A DNA stretch of 31,840 nucleotides from a bacterium (GTDB lineage Bacteria > Hydrothermota > UBA3073 > JACQXS01 > JAUWAR01), in contig JAUWAR010000001.1 of NCBI GenBank assembly GCA_030601965.1, forward strand, positions 1 through 31,840, read 5' to 3'. This document shows, in pieces, positions 25,371 through 31,840 of the stretch. The notes beneath the pieces were generated by a model. The model searched no databases and was not told where the DNA came from. It worked only from the letters and a program-made list of their open reading frames with translations. Numbering within the stretch: the stretch's first letter is position 1; each line of letters opens with the position of its first letter. The translations under genes were made by a program, and so were the position numbers.

Positions 25371-26996
25371 TATTTGTGCATACTTTTTGCGGATAAGATA
25401 TGACTGGATATTTGAGAACATATTATAGACACACCAATATAACACTATTCCAGCAGGAAATCTCAGGAATATAACAGTCATAAATATTGGCATGAAATAC
25501 ATCATCATTTTCTGTTGTTGGTTTTGAGTATTGGCTGTACCTTGCAGCTTAGTCTGGAGGAACATCATACCACCCATCAGTAAAGGCAAGATATAATAGG
25601 GGTCTCTATAAGAGAGGTCATCAATCCAGTGAGGAACAAAGGTCGCCCCCCTCATGGCTATAGTAGTTTGAAGTATCGCATAGAGTGCAAAGAATACAGG
25701 CATCTGGAAAATCATTGGAAGACAACCGCCCACTGGATTCACCTTATGTTTTTTATAAATCTCCATCGTCTCCTTATTTAATCTCTGTGGGTCTTTTTTG
25801 TATTTCTGTCGCAGAGCCTGGATTTTAGGTTGAATTCTCTGCATATCCATCATAGATTTATGCTGGGTTTTGGTAAAAGGATAAAACACAACCGTCATAA
25901 GTAAAGAGAAAACTATTATCACCAATCCAAAATTTGGTATAAATTTATGTAAGCCTAGGAAAATTTTAAGGACAAATCGTGATATAGGTCTTATCCATTT
26001 AAATCCAAAATAGCAGGCATTTTCCAGACCAGTCCCCATCTTCTTCATTTTATCATAATCAAGAGGCCCTGTATAGATTTTGAAACAAAATTCATCTCTT
26101 GCCCTTGTTGTAAGGGATATTCCAATCCTCATTGAACTCGGGTCTTTAGGTGTAGGAGGTGCCATAGCACACATACAGCCTGCACCTCCACCAATTCTCT
26201 CTTTGCCAAATCTTTTAATTGAATACTCTATAGTTTCTATTTTTTGTGGTATAATTGCGGCAAGGAAATATTTATTTTTTATCCCAACCCAGTTTATATT
26301 ACCAGGACTTATGAACTCTGTTGTATCAAGTGAATTTACATTCTTGAAAAGGGGTTCGGGATTCTCTCCAGTAGATGCAACCCCTGCAAAATACCTCAAC
26401 TCTTCTGCGACATCCCTTTCTGTAGCATTTAACCCGGAGTTTACTAAAATCTTATACTTCTCCACATCTTCAACTTTTAAGGATAAATCTGCCATATAAC
26501 TTGTATCGTTAAAAGTATATTCCTTCTTTAATAATCTTTTCTCAATATTTAATCCATAGACTATATAATTTTTATCTCTCTTTAGTATCTGGAACACATT
26601 ATCTTTCAAGTCAACAGATGTTCCGTTCATAATAAGCATATCTGTAAATGCTTTTTGTCCTTCAGGTATGAGTTCAACATCTCTCTTCTCCTGATCTTTA
26701 TATTTTTTAAGTTGAATACTCTTGATAGATGCCCCTTTTGATGTAAGAATCACCCTCATAAGAGGGGTCTCAATTGTATCAAGAACAGATGTCAGATCTA
26801 ATGTCTCAGGCATAAGAGTCTTGCCTGCCCGGCCGAGGACTTCTGTCCTCTCTCTTCTCTTTTCTCTCTCCTCTGTTCTAATTTCTGGTTCCCGACCTGG
26901 AACTGGTTCCTTAGGAGCTCTGGAGACCATAAGCCAGTTCCAGAATATAAGAATCAAAAAGATTAAAATTATGGCTAAAAAACTTCGCTTTTCCAT
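25362..26996 (-). CDS. yidC: Membrane protein insertase YidC
   Basis: N-terminal TM, periplasmic domain (GASIKSIQLKKY, WVGIKNKYF), NFGLVII, SMMDMQRIQPKI..L..KYK, VNPVGGCLP..QMPVF.ALY, DPYYILP, GIVLYW. Confidence 0.96.
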   Translation of the reverse strand: MEKRSFLAIILIFLILIFWNWLMVSRAPKEPVPGREPEIRTEEREKRRERTEVLGRAGKTLMPETLDLTSVLDTIETPLMRVILTSKGASIKSIQLKKYKDQEKRDVELIPEGQKAFTDMLIMNGTSVDLKDNVFQILKRDKNYIVYGLNIEKRLLKKEYTFNDTSYMADLSLKVEDVEKYKILVNSGLNATERDVAEELRYFAGVASTGENPEPLFKNVNSLDTTEFISPGNINWVGIKNKYFLAAIIPQKIETIEYSIKRFGKERIGGGAGCMCAMAPPTPKDPSSMRIGISLTTRARDEFCFKIYTGPLDYDKMKKMGTGLENACYFGFKWIRPISRFVLKIFLGLHKFIPNFGLVIIVFSLLMTVVFYPFTKTQHKSMMDMQRIQPKIQALRQKYKKDPQRLNKETMEIYKKHKVNPVGGCLPMIFQMPVFFALYAILQTTIAMRGATFVPHWIDDLSYRDPYYILPLLMGGMMFLQTKLQGTANTQNQQQKMMMYFMPIFMTVIFLRFPAGIVLYWCVYNMFSNIQSYLIRKKYAQIGS

Positions 26997-27000
26997 ATTA

Positions 27001-27035
27001 TTTTTGCATTTCGATATTTGATTTTTGCATTTTTA
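27001..27035. repeat. Degenerate heptamer array x5 at the yidD-yidC junction
   Basis: TTTTTGC ATTTCGA TATTTGA TTTTTGC ATTTTTA. Confidence 0.55.
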
Positions 27036-27239
27036 CGGTACCGGGTCATATCCTCCCTTTGAGAGAGGATTACACCTTAAAATCCTCCATATTCCCAACA
27101 TAAGACCTTTCAAAACTCCATATTTTTCTACTGATTCTATTGCATATTCCGAGCAGGATGGATAATACTTACAGGTTTGAGGCAAAAATGTAGATATAAG
27201 AATCTGATAAGTTCTGATTAAAAAATCAATTAATCGCAT
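27033..27239 (-). CDS. yidD: Membrane protein insertion efficiency factor YidD
   Basis: YQILIS...[12 protein letters not shown]...G.LKG...RILRCNP...GGYDPVP; located between rnpA and yidC. Confidence 0.96.
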   Translation of the reverse strand: MRLIDFLIRTYQILISTFLPQTCKYYPSCSEYAIESVEKYGVLKGLMLGIWRILRCNPLSKGGYDPVP

Positions 27240-27555
27240 TTTTTAAGAGCATCTCCAAATTCTCTTTCAATTCCCAGAAATCTAAATCTTCTGCACCTTT
27301 ATGGGCTATTATTAGCATATCTATTCCTTTTTTAACCTCGGAATTTCTATAAATCTCCCTCAATCTCCGTTTGAGTTTATTTCTCTTCACCGCTCCTTTT
27401 ATCTTCCTTGAAATAATAAATGCAACTCTGGACTCACCGCCTCCACCATCCCTCTCCTTAAAAATAACACTGATTACATCTTTCCTTCTCTGTTTTCCTT
27501 GTTCAAAGAGCAAATCAAAATCTTTCTTCTTTGTTATTCTCTCTTGTTTGGACAC
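27226..27555 (-). CDS. rnpA: Ribonuclease P protein component
   Basis: [33 protein letters not shown] (RNR motif); start GTG 27555 or TTG 27561. Confidence 0.93.
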   Translation of the reverse strand: MSKQERITKKKDFDLLFEQGKQRRKDVISVIFKERDGGGGESRVAFIISRKIKGAVKRNKLKRRLREIYRNSEVKKGIDMLIIAHKGAEDLDFWELKENLEMLLKNAIN

Positions 27556-27560
27556 TTCCA

Positions 27561-27631
27561 AGTCTGTATTGATGCTCTATGTTTGTCAAGATATTTTTAT
27601 CTTGACATCTTTTAAGTTTATACTTCACAGT
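27561..27631. promoter_or_regulatory. Back-to-back sigma70-type promoters for rnpA and lgt
   Basis: Minus strand: TTGACA 27589-27584 and CAGACT 27566-27561. Plus strand: TTGACA 27602-27607 and CACAGT 27626-27631 (weak -10 elements). Confidence 0.45.
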
Positions 27632-27642
27632 GCTAACTTGAA

Positions 27643-28416
27643 ATGTATCGCACTATTTTACAGATTGGACCCATTAACATAAGGTCATGGGGACTTATGC
27701 TCGCTATAGCATTTATTGTCGGAATAATTATTGCCGAAAAAAGGGCAAAAAAATATGGATTATTACCTCAACAAGTAGTAAATCTTGGGCTAATCATAAT
27801 TATAGCAGGTGTAGCCGGTGCAAGATTACTATTCATCTTTGAGCATATTAAGGATTTTACAGCCAACCCCTACGAGATATTCGCTGTATGGGCAGGAGGA
27901 CTTAGTTATTACGGAGGCTTTATCCTTGCTTTTCTCTGTGCTTTCTTTTATCTTAAGAAAAATAAAATTCCTGTAGGAGCAATGATGAATGTCCTCGCCC
28001 CTTCACTTGCTATTGGCTTTTTCATCGGAAGAATAGGATGTTTTTTGAATGGTTGTTGTTTTGGCGAACCTACCACAATGCCCTGGGGGGTAGTCTTTCC
28101 AGAAGACGCACCTGCAAGATGGATATATGAAGAGGCAATTAAACTACATCCCACTCAACTCTATTCCTCTTTATCGGGACTTATAAGTTTCTTTATCCTG
28201 CTCCTGTTAGAGAAAAAATTCAAATTCATCAGAAGAGATGGTCTTTTATGTTTTTCTTTTTTTATTTTATACGGATTATGGCGATTTATTATAGAATTCT
28301 TCAGACACCACGAATCTTACATTGTAGGCTGGTTCACAGAAGGCCAGGCACTTTCCATAGCAATTATTATATTCTCTGTAAGTATGATTTGGTGGAAGGT
28401 TAAGAAATCAAAATGA
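27643..28416 (+). CDS. lgt: Prolipoprotein diacylglyceryl transferase
   Basis: IRSWGLM, GARLL, GGLSYYGG, GRIGCFLNGCC.G, PWG..FP, HPTQLYS, RF.IEFFR. Confidence 0.96.
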   Translation: MYRTILQIGPINIRSWGLMLAIAFIVGIIIAEKRAKKYGLLPQQVVNLGLIIIIAGVAGARLLFIFEHIKDFTANPYEIFAVWAGGLSYYGGFILAFLCAFFYLKKNKIPVGAMMNVLAPSLAIGFFIGRIGCFLNGCCFGEPTTMPWGVVFPEDAPARWIYEEAIKLHPTQLYSSLSGLISFFILLLLEKKFKFIRRDGLLCFSFFILYGLWRFIIEFFRHHESYIVGWFTEGQALSIAIIIFSVSMIWWKVKKSK

Positions 28417-29123
28417 ATTTCTTCAAGGACATACTGGATTTTATTCTCCCTCCACACTGTGCTATATGCAAAAAACCACTTAAAAGACAAGAGAACCTTG
28501 TTTGTGAAAAGTGTATAAATGGAATTGAATTGACTTATCCACGCAAGGAGATTGATTCATTAAGAGTTAAGTCACTTGCAACTGGTGATAGAATATTAGA
28601 ACTTATTCATCTTTTCAAGTATAGGGCAAAAATTTCCATTGGAAAAAGACTTGGGCAAATGATGAGTGCTGTTTTTGAAAATGATAAAGTTCTTAAGCAA
28701 ACCGATGTAATTATTCCTGTTCCGCTGTATAGAACCAGACAGAGACAAAGGGGATTCAATCAGAGTGAAATCCTTGCCTCTGCAATGTCAAAAGAACTTG
28801 GCAAAACAGCCATCATAGAAGAACCTGGCAAAATAGGCGTCTCGCCTGTTTCTATTTATAAAAATGCATTGATTCGGACAAGGAATACAAAGTCCCAGAC
28901 AAGTTTTACTGCTAAAGACCTTTCTCGTAGCGATAAGATAAGATTAAGAAAATTAAATGTAAAAAACGCATTTTGGGTAAGGAGACCAGAACTTGTAAAG
29001 GGCAAGAAAATTGCTCTGATTGATGACGTTTTCACAACAGGCGCTACTTTACAAGAATGTGCGAAAACTTTACTTAACGCAGGGGCAGATACAGTTTCTG
29101 CTATAACTTGTATGTCTGCATAA
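28413..29123 (+). CDS. comF: ComF family protein (zinc ribbon plus phosphoribosyltransferase-like domain)
   Basis: PPHCAIC...VCEKC, FKYR, IPVPL...R.RGFNQS, LIDDVFTTGATL. Confidence 0.9.
   Translation: MNFFKDILDFILPPHCAICKKPLKRQENLVCEKCINGIELTYPRKEIDSLRVKSLATGDRILELIHLFKYRAKISIGKRLGQMMSAVFENDKVLKQTDVIIPVPLYRTRQRQRGFNQSEILASAMSKELGKTAIIEEPGKIGVSPVSIYKNALIRTRNTKSQTSFTAKDLSRSDKIRLRKLNVKNAFWVRRPELVKGKKIALIDDVFTTGATLQECAKTLLNAGADTVSAITCMSA
28831..28851. repeat. Hairpin AAATAGGCG-TCT-CGCCTGTTT in frame in comF
   Basis: Read directly; encodes KIGVSPV. Confidence 0.6.
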
Positions 29124-29124
29124 G

Positions 29125-31296
29125 ATGAAACTTGTAATTGTAGAATCACCTCCAAAAGCCCGCACCATTCAGAAATTTCTATCTTCAGAGTATATGGTAC
29201 TCTCCTCAAAAGGGCATATAAGAGATTTACCTCCACGGGAATTCGGAGTAGATATCAAAAATGGGTTTAAACCAACTTATAAAATTCTAAAGGATAAACA
29301 AAAAGTTGTTAAAGGACTTAAGGAAAAATCAAAAGATGCCAATCTAATCATACTTGCTACAGACCCAGACAGAGAAGGAGAAGCAATAGCCTATCATATT
29401 TTATATGTGATTGGAAAACCTGCAAAGAGGGCTCTACTTTATGAAATAACAAAAGAAGCTGTGAACGATGCTATAAGAAATCCAGAGGAACTAAATATGG
29501 CAAAAGTAGATGCTCAACAGGCACGAAGAATACTTGATAGACTTGTTGGATATGAGGTGAGCCCTTTACTCTGGAGTGTTTTCAAGCAACGAAACCTCTC
29601 TGCAGGTAGAGTTCAATCTGTTGCTCTAAGGCTTGTATGTGAAAGAGAAAAAGAGATAAGAGAATTTGTTCCAGAAGAATACTGGGAAATAAACTGTAGA
29701 TTAAATCTCAAATCTCAAATCTCAAATCTCAAATCCTTTATTGTTGCAAAACTAATAAAAATAGACGAAGAAAAAGCAAAGATAACGAACGAAAAAGAGG
29801 CAACCAAAATCGAGTCTGAACTTAAAAATGAGGAATTTATAGTAGAGAATTTCAAAAAAGAGGAGAAGAAAAAAATGCCTTCTCCTCCATATATCACAAG
29901 TACTCTCCAGCAAGATGCATCTATCAGACTACGGTTTTCTACCAAAAAGACTATGCAAATCGCCCAGCAACTCTTTGAGGAAGGTTATATCACTTATATG
30001 CGAACGGATTCTGTAAGGATTGCCCCAAAGGCATTAGATAATATAAGGAAATATATAAATAAAATACTTGGCAGGGAATATCTACCAGATAAACCTCATT
30101 TTTACAAAGAAAAGAAGACAGCCCAGGCTGCACACGAGGCAATAAGACCCACATCTGTAGAAAAGGTTCCCGACAAAATCAAACAAGACCTTACACCTGA
30201 CCAGTTCAGAATCTATTCTCTTATATGGAGAAGAACCCTTGCCTCTCAGATTTCATCTGCACTAATAGAAATAAGAAACTTAGATATAAAAGCCGGTAAG
30301 TTCCTTTTAAGGGCGAGTGGCAAAAAGACTATATTTTCGGGATTTATGGCTATTTATAAAATAGAGCAAGAAAAAACTTCAGAGGTAATCACCTCTCAGG
30401 AGATTCCAGAGATTGAGAAGGGCACCTTCTTGAATCTACTTGAAGTTATAAAAGACCAGCACTTCACAAAGCCCAGGCTAAGATATACGGAAGGCACGAT
30501 GGTAAAGGAACTTGAGGCAAATGGAATAGGAAGACCATCAACCTATGCCCCGACAATATCAAGGATAATAGAAAAAGAATATGTCACAAAGGAAAACGGC
30601 AAACTATTAGCCACTGACCTTGGAGAAGCAATCAATACTGTCCTTGTTGCTCGTTTTCCTGATATTTTCAATGTTGATTTCACAAGAGAGATGGAGGAGA
30701 ATCTTGACAAGATAGAATTGGAAAAACTCAACTGGAAAATGCTATTACATAATTTCTATGGGCCATTTAAAAAAGATGTAATTAAATTTCAGGAAGAGCG
30801 AGAGGAGGTAAAGACACTTATGGAAGAGAAAAGCAATGAAATATGCGAAAAATGTGGAAAACCAATGGTAATAAAATTAGGAAAGTATGGTAAGTTTCTT
30901 GCCTGTACAGGTTTTCCAGAGTGCAAAAATACAAGACCTGTGGATTCAGATGTAAAGACTGCACCAGAAAAAACGGGTGAGACCTGTCCAAAATGTGGTA
31001 GTCCACTTGTCGTAAAAAAAGGAAGATATGGTCAGTTTATTGGGTGTTCAAACTATCCAAAATGTAATTTCATAAAACCAAAATCAATTGGTATAAAGTG
31101 TCCTGAGTGTGGGAGTGAACTTGTTGAGAAGAAAACAAAGAAGGGGAAAATTTTTTATGGATGCAGTAACTATCCAGAGTGTAAATTTGCGATATGGGAC
31201 AAGCCTATAAGTAAAAAGTGTTCTTCTTGTGGTAATCCATTTATGGTAGAGAAAAAGGGTACACTTGTATGTCCCAAGTGTGGTTCAACTCCATAA
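29125..31296 (+). CDS. topA: DNA topoisomerase I (type IA) with C-terminal zinc ribbons
   Basis: VESP.K..TI, SKGHIRDL, ATDPDREGE, SAGRVQS, YITYMRTDS (catalytic Tyr), AHEAIRP, GIGRPSTYA, repeated C..C...GC..YP.C ribbons. Confidence 0.98.
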   Translation: MKLVIVESPPKARTIQKFLSSEYMVLSSKGHIRDLPPREFGVDIKNGFKPTYKILKDKQKVVKGLKEKSKDANLIILATDPDREGEAIAYHILYVIGKPAKRALLYEITKEAVNDAIRNPEELNMAKVDAQQARRILDRLVGYEVSPLLWSVFKQRNLSAGRVQSVALRLVCEREKEIREFVPEEYWEINCRLNLKSQISNLKSFIVAKLIKIDEEKAKITNEKEATKIESELKNEEFIVENFKKEEKKKMPSPPYITSTLQQDASIRLRFSTKKTMQIAQQLFEEGYITYMRTDSVRIAPKALDNIRKYINKILGREYLPDKPHFYKEKKTAQAAHEAIRPTSVEKVPDKIKQDLTPDQFRIYSLIWRRTLASQISSALIEIRNLDIKAGKFLLRASGKKTIFSGFMAIYKIEQEKTSEVITSQEIPEIEKGTFLNLLEVIKDQHFTKPRLRYTEGTMVKELEANGIGRPSTYAPTISRIIEKEYVTKENGKLLATDLGEAINTVLVARFPDIFNVDFTREMEENLDKIELEKLNWKMLLHNFYGPFKKDVIKFQEEREEVKTLMEEKSNEICEKCGKPMVIKLGKYGKFLACTGFPECKNTRPVDSDVKTAPEKTGETCPKCGSPLVVKKGRYGQFIGCSNYPKCNFIKPKSIGIKCPECGSELVEKKTKKGKIFYGCSNYPECKFAIWDKPISKKCSSCGNPFMVEKKGTLVCPKCGSTP
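29703..29736 (+). repeat. Perfect (AAATCTC)4 plus AAATCC in frame in topA
   Basis: Encodes NLKSQISNLKS. Confidence 0.9.
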
Positions 31297-31350
31297 TTTT
31301 CAAATTTACACTTTCCACTTTGTATTTTATGAAATTTTTTTATTTTTTTC

Positions 31351-31380
31351 TTGACAAAAATCATAGGTCACCCTAACAAT
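31351..31380 (+). promoter_or_regulatory. sigma70 promoter with overlapping DtxR-type operator ATAGG-TCAC-CCTAA (31363-31376)
   Basis: TTGACA 31351-31356; TAGG-N4-CCTA inverted repeat just upstream of a DtxR-family gene. Confidence 0.55.
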
Positions 31381-31418
31381 TATAGGGTAAGTTCTTTCAA
31401 GGAAAAAGGTATTTAAAA

Positions 31419-31840
31419 ATGGATAGGTTAACACCCAGTCTTGAGGATTACCTTGAGTCAATCTGGATAATAGGTCTCACAAAAAAAGTGGTAAGAGTAA
31501 AAAATATTGCAGAACTCTTAAGTCTCAGGACGGCATCGGTGATAGGGGCAATAAAGATATTGTCAGAAAAGGGATTGGTTATTCATGAAAGCTACGGTTA
31601 TATTGAACTTACTACTAAAGGTATTATAGAGGCAAAGAAGATATACGAAAAGCATAAACAACTTTCCAAATTCTTTCATGAAATGCTTGGGATAGATTTA
31701 AAGACATCTACAAAAGATGCTTGCCAGTTTGAACATTATATTAGTAAAAGAACAATGAATAGAATTATAAAATTTATAAAGTTTATAGAGACCTGTCCCG
31801 AAGGGGACCCTAACTGGCTTTCCAATTTCCAATACTTTGC
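31419..31840 (+). CDS. DtxR/MntR-family metal-dependent transcriptional regulator, 3' end truncated by window
   Basis: LTPSLEDYLESI, VRVKNIAELL...ASV..AIK.L..KGLV.HE.YG.IELT..G, KH..L..F..E.LG, DAC.FEH. Confidence 0.92.
   Translation, partial: MDRLTPSLEDYLESIWIIGLTKKVVRVKNIAELLSLRTASVIGAIKILSEKGLVIHESYGYIELTTKGIIEAKKIYEKHKQLSKFFHEMLGIDLKTSTKDACQFEHYISKRTMNRIIKFIKFIETCPEGDPNWLSNFQYF

Noticed and set aside
26820-26838. GC-rich CTTGCCTGCCCGGCCGAGG in the yidC linker as another palindromic insert
   Set aside because: The stem is too imperfect to call; at most a decayed relative of the purC hairpin.
2176-27607. Recurring TGTCAA...TTGACA inverted motif at divergent gene pairs as a transcription-factor operator
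   Set aside because: Spacing varies between sites (8-21 nt), and each half has a plausible -10 at 16-18 nt; better explained as back-to-back -35 boxes.
31297-31330. Weak 7-nt periodicity after topA, and similar traces at 2209-2250 and 22730-22780
   Set aside because: Too degenerate to separate by eye from AT-rich background.

Overview
Gene-dense, AT-rich chromosomal segment from a diderm (LPS-making) bacterium, probably an uncultured anaerobe; the lineage cannot be fixed from this window. It is mostly housekeeping and envelope genes: hslV, guaB, an FAD oxidoreductase, an NCS2 permease, a cobalamin riboswitch with a frameshifted BtuB-like receptor, an HD hydrolase, lipA, an isocitrate/isopropylmalate-family dehydrogenase, a Na+/Ca2+ antiporter, purC, lptC-lptA-lptB-rpoN-lapA, a site-2 protease, an Ig-like lipoprotein, a YidD-paralogue/TPR cluster, tRNA-Gln(CTG), rnpA-yidD-yidC-DUF58-BatA, lgt-comF-topA and a partial DtxR-family regulator. 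I see no integrase, transposase or CRISPR array. The main unexplained layer is more than 20 tiny DNA elements: degenerate 7-8 nt tandem arrays (often in inverted pairs), 12-30 nt palindromes and REP-like doublets. Many lie in frame inside conserved proteins (PurC, LipA, TopA, ComF, BatA-like, FAD oxidoreductase). In four exported proteins (LptC, LptA-like, the Ig-like lipoprotein and a TPR protein) the heptamer arrays encode the hydrophobic core of the signal peptide. Other leads are an apparently exported YidD paralogue linked to two TPR/helical-hairpin proteins, promoter geometry suggesting leaderless mRNAs, two single-base frameshifts, a variant RpoN box and two small ORFs missing from the ORF track.
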